Positions 39,220 to 49,969 are shown, counted from the stretch's first letter. The stretch is 64,000 nt of DNA from an uncultured Gemmatimonadales bacterium (GCA_963708135.1 OY970192.1:4928001-4992000), one strand, 5' to 3'. Made by a program: numbers and translations. The notes: generated by a model from the sequence alone, not told the origin.

Positions 39220-42200
39220 TCAGAACCTCCGCGTCCAGAACAGGAACGTGCCGAAGGTGCGGTCACGGGTGGGGGGCTGGAGGGTCAGCGAGGGCACGCT
39301 GGGCAGGTACGTCGGCTGCCAGGTGGTCTCCCAGGAGAAGTTGCCGGGGGTGCGGTACTCGACCCGGAATCCGGGCCAGTTGCCCGAGATGCGGTCCTGG
39401 ATGGCGACGTAGAGCCGGCGGCTCATGTACTTGCCGGCTTCGATCTCGGTGCCGCGGAGGAAGTTCTGGAAGTAGCCGTTGAAGGTCAGCTCGGCGGGCA
39501 GCGAGGCGGGGTGGATGCGCAGCACGTCGAGGCCGCCGCGGGTGCCGCTCCTCTCGATGCTGGAGATCTCGCTGTCCATGAAGGAACCGAGCGCGAGCCC
39601 GGCGAGCTGCTGCTCGGCGAGGGCAGGGAGGCCGTCGAGGCCGCCGGCGCCGCCGGTCAGGTTGGTGCCCTGCAGGTTGAGCAGGGAGGATGAGGTCCGG
39701 CCGAAGGCGAGATAGCTGATGAGGTCGCTCTGGGAGAGCGGCGGTTGGGAGTTGCTCTCGAGCGAGACGGCCGGCTGGCGCATGGTGCCGAGCACGTGGA
39801 TCTGAATGACCAGCGTCTCGCGGTCCTGGCGCGGCACGTCGTACTCGCCGTTCAGCTGCAGCATCGGGTCGACCTCCGGCCGGCCGAGGAAGGTCACGGC
39901 GCCCGTGTTCAGCCGGAAGAGCCGGCCCGCGAAGCTGTATTCGCCGCGGTCCGCGTTGACCACGCCGCGCAGCGTCAGGGTCTGCTGCGCGCGGTCCATG
40001 TGGATGCGCAACGCCTGGACCTCGGGGGCCGTGTAGATCTCGACGTTGCCGTTGGTATTCCGCACCCACGTGTTGCGGGCGATGGTCACGCCCACGTCAA
40101 CCGTCATGTTCTGGAGGAACGGGTTCGGGGGCGGCAGGATGTCGGGCGTGAGGCTGGCGGTGTCGAGCGCCTGCGCGAGCGCGGGGTTCTCGAGGTTGGT
40201 GATGCGACGCCGGTTCGTCGGCTCCGGCGCGTACATCACGCCGCTCGTGACGTGGGCCGTGCCGGTGACGCGGGCGGCGCGGTAGTGGCCGCTCAGCTTC
40301 ATATCGGCGTCCGCCGTGATGCGGCCGTACTGGTTGTCGAGGATTACGGCGTTCGTGGCGTGCCCGGTCAGGTCGAGCGCGGGGTTCGAGAGCTCCGAGA
40401 GGCCGATCGCGCCGGCCGCGCGGACGGTGCCGCCGGCGCTCCTGGCGACGAGTGAGTCCACGTGCGCGGAGTCGCCGCGGAGCTGCACGGCGCCGGTGAC
40501 CTGGCGCAGCCCTACGCCGATGGAGGGCACGTCGAGCGAGCCGAGGTCGAGCTTCACGAGACCGCGCGTGACGGGCGCCTTCCACGTCCCGGTCACGTCC
40601 ACGTTGCCGGCCAGGCGCCCCTGCACGTTCGTCACCGCGGTCGTGAGCCGCGAGAGCAGGCTGGCCGGGAACGAGTCCGCGGTGAGGGCCACGGAGAGCG
40701 GCCGCGCGAGCAGGCGCGACCCCTTCACGCTGGTGAGCGAGAGGTCGATCGGCAGCCGGGCGTCGATGCTGGCGAGCGTGTCCGCCGGCACCGGCGGTGC
40801 GAGCGCCGGGCCGGCGACGGCGCCCGCCTGCGGCGTCCGGCCGGCGACGAGCGGCGCGACCGGCGTGGCCGCGGTGGTGTCGGCGCGCAGGAGCGTCGCG
40901 TGCGCGGTCAGCTCGGTGCCCGCGTAGGCAAAGCCGGCGTTCAGGCGGGGCACGGTGATCGTGCCCCAGCCGCCGTGGAGCAGCGAGGCGGTGCCGCTGA
41001 AGCGCGGAGCGGCGCGCGGGCCGACGAGGCGGGCGTGGAGCGAGAGCAGCCCCGTCACCCGGGCGGTGTCCTGGAGCAGCGCCGCGAGCTGGCCGATGCC
41101 GAGGCTGTCCACGTCGAGGCGGAGGTCCGCGGGTCCGTTGACGGGCACCCTGCCGTTCAGCATGAAGCGGCCGCCCTGGCTGCTGGCGAGGGAGAGGCTG
41201 TCCACGGCGATCCCGGCGCCGCTCCAGTCCACGATGCCCGGGCGGGTGGAGCGCCAGGTGACGGTGTCGAAGCGGAGCGCGAGCCGGTTCAGCCGGACGT
41301 GGTTCCGGTCGAGCGCCAGCGTGAACTCGGAGCTCAGCCGATAGTCCACCGTCGTGCCCTGGTAGAGCTCGACGTCCGCGCTGCCGTTCCCCTCCCGGAT
41401 CTTCCCCGTGTAGGCCACGCGCGCGTAGGCGCTGTCGAAGACGAAGCCGGCGGTCCGCAGCGTGTCCGCCGCGGCCGTGACACGGACCGTGGGCGACGGC
41501 GTGCCGTAGTCCTCGAGCGTGTAGGTGGCCGCGGCGTGCGCGATGGCGTTGCCGGCGGCGACCACGTGGTCCGCCGTGGCGCTGCCGCGCGTCGAGAAGC
41601 GGTGGACGTTGCCGGTGAGGGTCCCGACGGCGCGCACCGAGCCGGCGACGGAATCCACGGGCAGCGGCGGCACGGTGTCGATGTGGAGCGCCGGCGCCGG
41701 CGGGTAGCCGACGGCGAGCCGCTGGACCTCGGTGGCCCGGGCGAGGCGCGTGGAGTCGGCGCGTGCCCGGGCGATGGCGCGCTCCTGGAGGAGCGGGCGG
41801 GGCGGGAATGCGGTCGTGTCGGACGGGATGGCGGAGCGGAACGCGCCGAGCGAGTCGAGCTGCACGTCGTAGCGGAGCGTCCCGCTGCGCGCGGCCACGA
41901 GCCCGAAGCTGCCGTTCACGTCCGCGGCGACGGTGTTCATCCGCACGTGCCCGCGCTGGAAGGTGGCGAGCCCATCGTTGAGGCCGACGAGGAGCCGCGT
42001 CGTGTCGAGCTGCTGCCCCTTCACGGCCAGGTCCACCAGGTCGGCGCGGACCGTGGCGTTCATGGTGGCGAGCGTCGTTCCGTGGCCCACGGCCGAGGCC
42101 GTGCCGTTGAGCCTGGTGCGCGGCGCGCGCGTGGATGCCGCGCCGGCATCGAAGCGGTCGAAGCGGGCGCTCAGGTCGTAGGCCTTCGGCGTGCCGCGCA

Positions 42201-44355
42201 GCGCGAGCGTGCCGTGCGCGGCGACGGCGCCGCCGCCGGTCACGGCGAGGTTCGCGGCGAGGGTGACGTGGGCGAAGGAGCCGTGGGCGGCGATGTCGCC
42301 GTGCGCGCTGCCGTGCAGCCCCGCGGAGGGGACGAAGCGGCCGACGGTGCCGAGCGCCAGCTCGGGCGCGCGCAGGTCCACGTCGAAGCGCGACGGCGTG
42401 CCGGGATTCACGTCCGCGGTGCCGATCACGTGCGAGCGGCCGGCCCGTCCCTCGTGGACGAGGTCCACGGCGGTGGCGAGCCGCGTGGCTGGCGCGCCGG
42501 TCACGGCGGCCGTGCCGGACAGGGTGCCGGTGATCGGCAGCGAGGGGGCGAACGGCTTCACGGCCGCCACCTGGAGCGGCAGGAACTCGAGGTGCAGCCC
42601 CTCGGCCCGGAAGCCGCCGCCGATCTGGACCGCGCCGCGCGCGCGCACGTGCGAGCGGCCGGCATCGCGGTCGTGGTCCACGAGGTCGGCCGTGAGCGAG
42701 AGCCGCTCGGTCGGCCGGCCGCTCAGCGTGGCCGTGCCGGTCACGGTGCCGTTCAGCGAGGCCGGCAGCGAGGGCGCGAGCTGGTGCGCGAAGGCGAGCC
42801 GGAGCGGCGAGAAGCGGAGCCGCAGCGCGCGCAGGTCGAGACCGCCGGCCAGCTGGATGCCGCCGTCCGCGAGCACGTGCGAGGCGCCGGCCGTGGGGTC
42901 GTGGTCCACCAGGTCGGCGCGCACGGAGAGGCGCGTGCGCGTCGAGCCGGTGAGCGTTGCGGTCCCCGTCAGGGTGCCGTTCAGCGCCGGCGGCAGCGAG
43001 GGCGCGAGCTCGCGGGCCAGCGCGAGCTGGAGCGGCGCGAAGCGGAGCGCCAGGTCGCGCATGCGGAGCCCGCCGGCGCCGCCGGTGTCGATGCCGCCCT
43101 TCGCGAACACCTTGCTGGGCGCGCCGCGCAGCGGGTCGAAGCGGGCCCAGCCGTCGAGCGCGAGCGAGGCCGGCGCACCGGCGACGGCGACGTGGCCGGC
43201 GAGCGAACCGTGGACGGGTAGCGGGCCGAGCGGCGTGAAGCGCTCGAGCAGGCTGGTGGTCACGCCGGTGAAGGCGAGGTCGGTGGGGCCGATGCGGACG
43301 GTGTCGCCGAGCTGGACGGCGCCGTGGCCGCGCACCCGCGCCCCTTCCGCGTGGAGCGCGAGGCGGTCCGCGGAGAAGCGGGTGTGCCCCTGCCGCTGGC
43401 GCATGATGCCGCCGCTCACGCTGCCGCCGCCGGGCGGCAGGGCGGGGTCGAGGAAGTGCAGGTCGTGGAAGGCGATGACGGGCGCGGTCCCGTGCACGTG
43501 GACGCCGGAGCCGTCGAGCGCGTACGCGCCGCTGCCGGCGAAGGCGGTCGAGGGCAGCGCGACCTTCACGTCCTGGAAGAAGAGCGTGTCCCTGGTGATG
43601 ACGAAGTGCGCGGCGAGCTGGCGGACGCGCGCGGCGGGCGGCCGGAAGGGCAGCGCGATCATCTGCAGGCTGTCCATGTCGATCACGCGGTTGACGCTGT
43701 CGGGATCCGCGAGCCGCATGAAGGGCAGGTGCCCGGCGATGCCGAAGAACTCGTAGATGCTCTGGTAGCCGCCGTCGTCGCGGACGACCCACTGGCGTGA
43801 GTCGGGCGAGAGGCTGGCCTGGATGGCCTTGCGGCGCGCGGCGGCGCCGAGCGAGTCGGCGGGTGCCCACGCCGCCTTCACCACGAAGAGCCCGCCGCGG
43901 ACGGTGGTGTTGGCGAGCTGGATCCAGGAGCCGAAGCCGGCCCCGGCCGGCCCGGCGTTCGGCTGGCCGGGGAAGATGCGCTTGAAGTTCCAGGTCCCGC
44001 CCGGTGGCTGGTTCAGCACGACGATCGGGTTCACCAGCCGGACGTCGTGGAAGTCCAGCCGTCTGTGGATGAGGCGCCCGATGGAGTAGTGGAGGACCAC
44101 GGTGTCGGCGCGCAGGAAGGGATCGCCCGTGCTGTCGGTGATCTCGACGTTGGCGATGCGCGCGCCGGTCAGCAGGTTGCCCTTCACCGTGCCGATGCCG
44201 ACCTTGCCGTGCACGCTGCCGCGCAGCTGCGCGAGCACGTAGCCGGCGATCCTGTGGCGTCCCCAGCTCGTGTTGGTCAGCACGAGGATCGCGCCGCCGA
44301 CGAGGACCATGATGGCGAGCAGGACGCCCAGGAGGATGCGGGCCCAGCGCGGCAT
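39220..44355 (-). CDS. tamB: Translocation/assembly module TamB
   Basis: N-terminal anchor, long beta-taco region, DUF490-like C-terminus (SQPPLSQSDLISYLAFG); coupled to the Omp85 gene. Confidence 0.82.
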   Translation of the reverse strand: MPRWARILLGVLLAIMVLVGGAILVLTNTSWGRHRIAGYVLAQLRGSVHGKVGIGTVKGNLLTGARIANVEITDSTGDPFLRADTVVLHYSIGRLIHRRLDFHDVRLVNPIVVLNQPPGGTWNFKRIFPGQPNAGPAGAGFGSWIQLANTTVRGGLFVVKAAWAPADSLGAAARRKAIQASLSPDSRQWVVRDDGGYQSIYEFFGIAGHLPFMRLADPDSVNRVIDMDSLQMIALPFRPPAARVRQLAAHFVITRDTLFFQDVKVALPSTAFAGSGAYALDGSGVHVHGTAPVIAFHDLHFLDPALPPGGGSVSGGIMRQRQGHTRFSADRLALHAEGARVRGHGAVQLGDTVRIGPTDLAFTGVTTSLLERFTPLGPLPVHGSLAGHVAVAGAPASLALDGWARFDPLRGAPSKVFAKGGIDTGGAGGLRMRDLALRFAPLQLALARELAPSLPPALNGTLTGTATLTGSTRTRLSVRADLVDHDPTAGASHVLADGGIQLAGGLDLRALRLRFSPLRLAFAHQLAPSLPASLNGTVTGTATLSGRPTERLSLTADLVDHDRDAGRSHVRARGAVQIGGGFRAEGLHLEFLPLQVAAVKPFAPSLPITGTLSGTAAVTGAPATRLATAVDLVHEGRAGRSHVIGTADVNPGTPSRFDVDLRAPELALGTVGRFVPSAGLHGSAHGDIAAHGSFAHVTLAANLAVTGGGAVAAHGTLALRGTPKAYDLSARFDRFDAGAASTRAPRTRLNGTASAVGHGTTLATMNATVRADLVDLAVKGQQLDTTRLLVGLNDGLATFQRGHVRMNTVAADVNGSFGLVAARSGTLRYDVQLDSLGAFRSAIPSDTTAFPPRPLLQERAIARARADSTRLARATEVQRLAVGYPPAPALHIDTVPPLPVDSVAGSVRAVGTLTGNVHRFSTRGSATADHVVAAGNAIAHAAATYTLEDYGTPSPTVRVTAAADTLRTAGFVFDSAYARVAYTGKIREGNGSADVELYQGTTVDYRLSSEFTLALDRNHVRLNRLALRFDTVTWRSTRPGIVDWSGAGIAVDSLSLASSQGGRFMLNGRVPVNGPADLRLDVDSLGIGQLAALLQDTARVTGLLSLHARLVGPRAAPRFSGTASLLHGGWGTITVPRLNAGFAYAGTELTAHATLLRADTTAATPVAPLVAGRTPQAGAVAGPALAPPVPADTLASIDARLPIDLSLTSVKGSRLLARPLSVALTADSFPASLLSRLTTAVTNVQGRLAGNVDVTGTWKAPVTRGLVKLDLGSLDVPSIGVGLRQVTGAVQLRGDSAHVDSLVARSAGGTVRAAGAIGLSELSNPALDLTGHATNAVILDNQYGRITADADMKLSGHYRAARVTGTAHVTSGVMYAPEPTNRRRITNLENPALAQALDTASLTPDILPPPNPFLQNMTVDVGVTIARNTWVRNTNGNVEIYTAPEVQALRIHMDRAQQTLTLRGVVNADRGEYSFAGRLFRLNTGAVTFLGRPEVDPMLQLNGEYDVPRQDRETLVIQIHVLGTMRQPAVSLESNSQPPLSQSDLISYLAFGRTSSSLLNLQGTNLTGGAGGLDGLPALAEQQLAGLALGSFMDSEISSIERSGTRGGLDVLRIHPASLPAELTFNGYFQNFLRGTEIEAGKYMSRRLYVAIQDRISGNWPGFRVEYRTPGNFSWETTWQPTYLPSVPSLTLQPPTRDRTFGTFLFWTRRF

Positions 44356-46634
44356 CAGAACGCCTCCCCGATGGCCAGGTGGAGCTCCAGCCGGGAGAAG
44401 ACGCCGCGCAGCCCGCCGTGAGCGGCGGTCGGGTTGTAGCGCATCGGTGTCTTGAGCTCGACCAGCCCCGGCTCGCCGTCCTGCCCCGGGACCTGCGTGA
44501 TCACGCTGAGTGACTCGCTGACGCGCGGCCGGATGCCGAGGTCGATGCGCACGGGGCCGATCGGCGAGTCGTAGCGGATCCCGAAGCCGGGCGTGATCGC
44601 GCTGCGCGCCCGGCCCGCGAGCTGGATGGCGGGCGCGCCGACGCGCGCGCCGTCGACGAACACGGCGCCGAGCACGGTCCCCGTGATCGGGAAGCGGTAT
44701 TCCGCGCTCGCCTCGACGACGGAGTTGCCGCCCAGCGGGCGGGGCTGGAAGTCGCTCGAGGGCAGGATGTTCGGATCGCAGGTACCGTCGGCGATGCTGG
44801 CCTCGGTGCAGGGCGTGGTGCCGGCCGTGGTGTCCGGCGGCGCGAGCAGCTGCTGGGGATCGACCGTGAGCACGCGGGGCCCGAGCTGGTTCTCGCCGTA
44901 GCCACGCACCGAGCGCGCGCCGCCGGCGTAGAAGCGCTTGCGGGGGTGCAGCGGCGCCATCTGGATGCCGCCCACGCCCACGGCGGCCGAGGTGCTCGAG
45001 AGCGGCCGGACCCAGCCGGCGCGCACGTGGGCCGCGAAGGTCGAGTGGCGGCCGACCGGGAAGTAGCGGTTGTATTCCGCCTCGGTGCGGTTGTAGCGGA
45101 ACTGCGAGCCGGTAAAGGAGGACGCGTGCTCCAGCGTCAGGACGCCGCTGTAGCCCCTCCTCGGCTCGAGTGGATCGTCGGCGCGGTCGGCCTGGAGGCG
45201 GAGCGTCAGGGGCGAGAGGCGGTGCGCGCCGGAGAGCGCCTTCATCGTCTCGAGGTCGCAGACGCCGAAGTCGACGCAGAAGTAGACCTGGCCCGCCTCG
45301 TCGCGCGTCTCCTCGAAGCGGTACCCGAGCGAGAGCGGGATGCCGTCGGCCAGCCGGCGGGTCAGCGTCAGCGTGCCGCCGTAGCCGCGGTTGATCACGA
45401 TGCCCGGGATGCTGCGGCGGCTGGTGAAGAGGCCGAGGCCGAGCGAGAGCTTCGGCGAGAAGAGCCAGGGCTGCGTGAGATCCGTGGACACCTGCCAGGT
45501 CGGGCGGAGGTACGCCGGATCGACCTCCGTGCCGATCCCGCGCGGCACCGCGCTGCCGAAGATCGACTGGCCGTAGAGCTGCGGGGCGAGCAGGTTGCCG
45601 ACGGCGCCGTTCAGCGCCAGCGTGCGCGCGCTGCCGAGCCAGTTGTAGAGCGTGTAATGCCCCTCGACCTGCCCGAACTCCGTGGTGTTGAAGCCGACGC
45701 CGGCGCGCATCTGGTGTAGCGGCGCCTCCTCGACCGTGACGAGGATCGTCTTCACGCTGTCCTGCTGGTCCGGCACGCGCACGAGCGCCTGGCGGAAGAG
45801 CTGCGACTGGTAGAGCCGGCGCTGGCCGGCGAGCACGGCGCTGCGCTTGAACACCTGGCCGTGGGAGAGGTCGAGGAGGCGGCGGATGCTCCGCTCGGTG
45901 ACCTTGTCGTTGCCGTGGATCACCACGGTGTCGACCAGCGTGAGCGGGCCGGGTGCGATGGTGACCTGGAGGTCGGCGCGGTGGAGGGAGTCGGCGACGA
46001 GCGCGGTGTCGCGGATCTCGGCGTCCGCGTGGCCCCGGTCCCAGAGCAGGCCGTCCAGCCGCACGCGGGCCGTGTCCAGCTGCACCAGGTCGAGCCGCTG
46101 GCCCGTGTCCGGGATGCCGGCGCCCGCGATCTGCGCCTGCGACAGCACGGGCCGCGTCTGCGTCACCTCGCGCGTGGCGACGAGGGTGGGCGGACCCTCG
46201 TGGACGTGGAAGGTGACGGCGACGCCGGCGCCCTTCGGTGTCACCGTCGCCTGCGTCGCCGCATCCCGCCAGCCGCGCAGCCAGTAGTAGACCCGGATGC
46301 GCAGCTCATCGCGCTGCAGCTCCTGCCGGTCGAGGTAGTGGCGCTCCTCGAAGATGTGCGAGTTGGTGACCAGGCAGAACGGCTTCAGCAGGAAGCTCCG
46401 GCAGCGCGTGCCCTGCGTGTTGAGCGTGAGCGCCAGCTCGGAGACATCCACGTTCTGCACACCCTCGAAGGTGAGCGATACCACGAGAGGGTGCGGCTGT
46501 TCCGCCGGACTCTGCGCGCACGCCGGGCGCGCGGCGAGCGCAAGCGCCGCCGCGAGCGGGATCGCGAGCAGAAGCGAAAAGGGCGGCCGCACGCCGCCCG
46601 GATCAGGAGCAGTCACGCGGCGGCGTGGGCGCAA
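44355..46634 (-). CDS. Omp85 family outer membrane protein (TamA/BamA-like), start approximate
   Basis: POTRA-like domains, FYAGGARSVRGY, SPIGPVRID, C-terminal IGEAF. Confidence 0.88.
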   Translation of the reverse strand: MRPRRRVTAPDPGGVRPPFSLLLAIPLAAALALAARPACAQSPAEQPHPLVVSLTFEGVQNVDVSELALTLNTQGTRCRSFLLKPFCLVTNSHIFEERHYLDRQELQRDELRIRVYYWLRGWRDAATQATVTPKGAGVAVTFHVHEGPPTLVATREVTQTRPVLSQAQIAGAGIPDTGQRLDLVQLDTARVRLDGLLWDRGHADAEIRDTALVADSLHRADLQVTIAPGPLTLVDTVVIHGNDKVTERSIRRLLDLSHGQVFKRSAVLAGQRRLYQSQLFRQALVRVPDQQDSVKTILVTVEEAPLHQMRAGVGFNTTEFGQVEGHYTLYNWLGSARTLALNGAVGNLLAPQLYGQSIFGSAVPRGIGTEVDPAYLRPTWQVSTDLTQPWLFSPKLSLGLGLFTSRRSIPGIVINRGYGGTLTLTRRLADGIPLSLGYRFEETRDEAGQVYFCVDFGVCDLETMKALSGAHRLSPLTLRLQADRADDPLEPRRGYSGVLTLEHASSFTGSQFRYNRTEAEYNRYFPVGRHSTFAAHVRAGWVRPLSSTSAAVGVGGIQMAPLHPRKRFYAGGARSVRGYGENQLGPRVLTVDPQQLLAPPDTTAGTTPCTEASIADGTCDPNILPSSDFQPRPLGGNSVVEASAEYRFPITGTVLGAVFVDGARVGAPAIQLAGRARSAITPGFGIRYDSPIGPVRIDLGIRPRVSESLSVITQVPGQDGEPGLVELKTPMRYNPTAAHGGLRGVFSRLELHLAIGEAF

Positions 46635-46743
46635 AATCGGCGCCAGCGGACCGATTCCCGGCGTCGCGCCGTTGCCGGGGGTGGGGACTGCCGCCAGATT
46701 GCCCGCTTACCGCGACCCCGCAGCCGACGACCAGGAAAGCGCC

Positions 46744-47802
46744 ATGTCCAGGCCCCGCCGCTCGCGTGCCCGTGGGCGCGCGTCGCTCCCGATCTTCGTG
46801 CTCCTCGGCCCCGTGCTGGCCACCGCCTGCGTCCTGGCGGCATGCGGCGGCGGCTCCGGCGGGAGGGGCGCGGGCGCCGATTCCACGGTCGCGCCAGGGG
46901 CGGCTTCCGCGCGCGGCCAGGCGGGCGCGCCGGCCGCCGCCGCGGCTGCGGGCGCGCCGGTGACGGCGGAGGCCGCGTTGCCCGTGGAGCTGCCGGCGGG
47001 CGCGTCGCTGGAGCGGGTGGTGGTCGTCTCGAAGCAGATCAACGAGCTGCTCTACGCGATCGGCGCGGAGGACCACATCGTGGCGCGCGACCTGACCTCG
47101 ATCTATCCGCCGGCCATCCGCAAGCTGCCGAGCGTGGGTTATCACCGGGCGCTCTCGGCGGAGGGCATCCTCTCGGTCCGACCGACGTTGTTCCTGACCG
47201 ACGGCAACCTGGGGCCGGAGGGGGTGGTGGAGCAGATCGGGAAGGTCGGCGTGCCGGTGCTGACCATGGACGCGGGGCCGACGGAGGCGGACGCGCAGGT
47301 GCTGCTCGCGCGGCTGGGGCGCCTGTTCGGTCGGGAGCAGGCCGCGGACAGCGTGCTCGCCGCGTGGCGCGCGGGGGATGCGGCCTTGGCGGGGGACAGC
47401 GCGGCGTGGGCCGGCCGGCCACGGCCGCGCGCGCTCGTCATGCATTTCGGCCAGCTCATCAACAACTACCTCGCCGTGAACCGCGGCAGCGTGGCCGACG
47501 CGTTGCTGCGTCGCGCGGGCGGCGCAAACGCCATCGACTCCGTGGGTGGCATGACCCGCCTCACGCCCGAGCTCATCGCCCGCACCGCGCCGGACGTGAT
47601 CGTGGCCACGGAGGTCGGCTTCGACCGGCTCGGCGCGAAGAAGTTCGCGGCGCTGCCCGGGGTGGCGCTCACGCCCGCCGCTCGCCGCGGGCGGATCTAC
47701 CGGATCGAGGAGGACAAGCTGATGTACTACGGCCCCCGCACGCCCGAGGCGCTGCGGCAGCTCGAGCGCATGCTGCATCCGCAGGCGACGCCGGCGCGGT
47801 GA
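46744..47802 (+). CDS. hmuT: Heme ABC transporter substrate-binding lipoprotein
   Basis: Lipobox LAAC; LPSVGYHRALSAEGILS with the heme-ligand Tyr; GPRTP. Confidence 0.8.
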   Translation: MSRPRRSRARGRASLPIFVLLGPVLATACVLAACGGGSGGRGAGADSTVAPGAASARGQAGAPAAAAAAGAPVTAEAALPVELPAGASLERVVVVSKQINELLYAIGAEDHIVARDLTSIYPPAIRKLPSVGYHRALSAEGILSVRPTLFLTDGNLGPEGVVEQIGKVGVPVLTMDAGPTEADAQVLLARLGRLFGREQAADSVLAAWRAGDAALAGDSAAWAGRPRPRALVMHFGQLINNYLAVNRGSVADALLRRAGGANAIDSVGGMTRLTPELIARTAPDVIVATEVGFDRLGAKKFAALPGVALTPAARRGRIYRIEEDKLMYYGPRTPEALRQLERMLHPQATPAR

Positions 47803-48938
47803 GCCCACCCGCCGCCTCCCGCCGCCCGGGCCGCCGAGCGCCCCGGGGCGCGCCGGACTCCGCCGCCGGCACCCGCGCGACCCGTCCGCGGGGACACGCG
47901 CGCGCGCACCTGCTTCTCGGACTCCTTCTCGCCGCGGCCGTGGTGCTCTCCGCCGGCGTCGGCGCGTTCAGCTTCACGCCCGCCGCCATGGCCCGCCACA
48001 TCGGCGAGGCGCTGGGGCTGCTGCCGCGCGGGCCGGGCGATGCGCTGGCGCGGAACGTCTTCGTCGAGCTGCGCCTGCCGCGCGTGCTCCTCGCCGGGCT
48101 CACGGGCGCGGTGCTCGGCGTCTCCGGCACCCTCATGCAGGGCCTCTTCCGCAACCCGATCGTCGAGCCGGGGCTGGCCGGCACGTCGGCCGGCGCGGCG
48201 TTCGGCGCGGCGCTCGTCTTCGTCTTCGGCGGCGAGAGCGCGCTGGCGCTGACCGCGCCGCTCGGCTCGCTGGCGGTGCCGGTGCTCGCCTTCGCCGGCG
48301 CGTTCGCGGCCACGCTGCTCGTGTACCGCGTGTCCTCGTCCTTCGGCAAGGTGAACGTCTTCACCCTGCTCCTCGCCGGCATCGCGGTGAACGCCGTCTG
48401 CAACGCGGGCACCGGATTCCTCTCCTACGTGGCGCGCGATCCGCAGGCGAGGAACATCACCTTCTGGACGCTGGGCACCTTCACCACGGCGACGTGGCGC
48501 GGCGTGCTCGCCGTGGCCGTGACCTTCGCCGCGTGCTTCGGCTGGGCGCTCCGGCACGGCAAGTCGCTGAACGCGCTCATGCTCGGCGAGGACGAGGCCG
48601 CGTACCTCGGCATCGAGCCGCGCCGCCTCATCCTCTGGATGCTGGTGGCCAACACCGCGATGGTCGCCGTGGCCACCGCCATGGTCGGCGTCATCGCATT
48701 CGTCGGGCTGGTGGTGCCGCACGTGCTGCGCATGACGCGCTCCTCCGACTACACGTACCTGATCCCCGGCTCCGCGCTGGCCGGCGCACTGCTCATGGAG
48801 GTCACGGACGTCGTCGCGCGCATCGTGATCCCGCCGGCCGAGCTGCCCATCGGCATCATCACGGCCGTGGTGGGCGCGCCGGTCTTCCTGTGGATCCTCG
48901 TGCGGCAGCAGCGCGGCGGGGGGATCGTGTATGAGTGA
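47799..48938 (+). CDS. hmuU: FecCD-family heme ABC permease
   Basis: LRLPRVLL, QGLFRNP, GEDEAAYLG, ELPIG; GTGA overlap with hmuT. Confidence 0.85.
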   Translation: MSPPAASRRPGRRAPRGAPDSAAGTRATRPRGHARAHLLLGLLLAAAVVLSAGVGAFSFTPAAMARHIGEALGLLPRGPGDALARNVFVELRLPRVLLAGLTGAVLGVSGTLMQGLFRNPIVEPGLAGTSAGAAFGAALVFVFGGESALALTAPLGSLAVPVLAFAGAFAATLLVYRVSSSFGKVNVFTLLLAGIAVNAVCNAGTGFLSYVARDPQARNITFWTLGTFTTATWRGVLAVAVTFAACFGWALRHGKSLNALMLGEDEAAYLGIEPRRLILWMLVANTAMVAVATAMVGVIAFVGLVVPHVLRMTRSSDYTYLIPGSALAGALLMEVTDVVARIVIPPAELPIGIITAVVGAPVFLWILVRQQRGGGIVYE

Positions 48939-48989
48939 CCAACCAAGCGCAACCAAAACCAAAACCACACCTACGACGGCGGGTGGGCG

Positions 48990-49799
48990 GTGAGCTCTGC
49001 GGTGAGCTCCGGGGGGGTGACGCTGGCGGGCGTCGGATACCGCGTGGGCGAGGTCCGGATCCTCGAGGACATCACGCTGGCGTTCGAGCCGGGCGCGTTC
49101 AACGTCGTGCTGGGGCCGAACGGGGCGGGGAAGTCCACGCTGCTGCGCGTCGCCACGGGACTGCTCGCACCCAGCGCCGGGGCGGTGTCCTATGGCGGGC
49201 TGGCCGTGGCGGCGCTGCCGTCGGAGCGACTGGCGCATCTGCGGGCCGTGCTCTCCCAGCACGTGGAGCTGGCGTTCCCGCTGCCCGTGCGGGACGTGGT
49301 GCTCATGGGCCGCTACCCGCACTACGAGCGGGTGCCCGCGCCGCGCGACCTCTCGATCGTGGACCGCGCGCTGGCGCTCGTCGGCATGGAGGAGAAGCGC
49401 GCCCAGCCGTATCCCACGCTGTCGGGGGGCGAGCAGCAGAAGGTGCAGCTCGCCCGCGTGCTCGCCCAGATCTGGAATTACGACGACGCGTCCGAGCCGA
49501 AGCTGCTCTTCCTCGATGAGCCCACGACCAGCCTCGACATCCACTACCAGATCCACCTGCTCGACGTTGCCCACGGGCTGCTCGCCCGCAACTGCACCGT
49601 GATCGCGATCCTGCACGACCTGAACACCGCGTTCCAGTACGGCGACCGCTTCTTCCTGCTCGACGGCGGCCGGCTCGTCCACGAGTCCGCGCGCGGCGAG
49701 GCGCTGCCGGGCGGGCTCCTCGAGCGGGTGTTCCGCGTGCGCGCGCACCGGCTCGTGGACCCCGCGGACGGGCAGCCGCTGTGGCGCTTCAGCTTGTAG
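48990..49799 (+). CDS. hmuV: Heme ABC transporter ATPase
   Basis: GPNGAGKST, LSGGEQQKVQLARVLAQ, LDEPT, LHDLN. Confidence 0.88.
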   Translation: MSSAVSSGGVTLAGVGYRVGEVRILEDITLAFEPGAFNVVLGPNGAGKSTLLRVATGLLAPSAGAVSYGGLAVAALPSERLAHLRAVLSQHVELAFPLPVRDVVLMGRYPHYERVPAPRDLSIVDRALALVGMEEKRAQPYPTLSGGEQQKVQLARVLAQIWNYDDASEPKLLFLDEPTTSLDIHYQIHLLDVAHGLLARNCTVIAILHDLNTAFQYGDRFFLLDGGRLVHESARGEALPGGLLERVFRVRAHRLVDPADGQPLWRFSL

Positions 49800-49969
49800 A
49801 ATTTCCAAAGCGGGCCACGTACCTGGCTGCTCGGCTCCGACTGGACCCCATTTTGTCACATCCGAACATCGAGCCGTCCCCAATCGGCCTTGTTCGATTA
49901 TGCAGGTTCCGGTAGACTGAATCGATTTCCGCTGCTTCTCGGCAGCAAACCTCCCCGATCGGACCGCTG

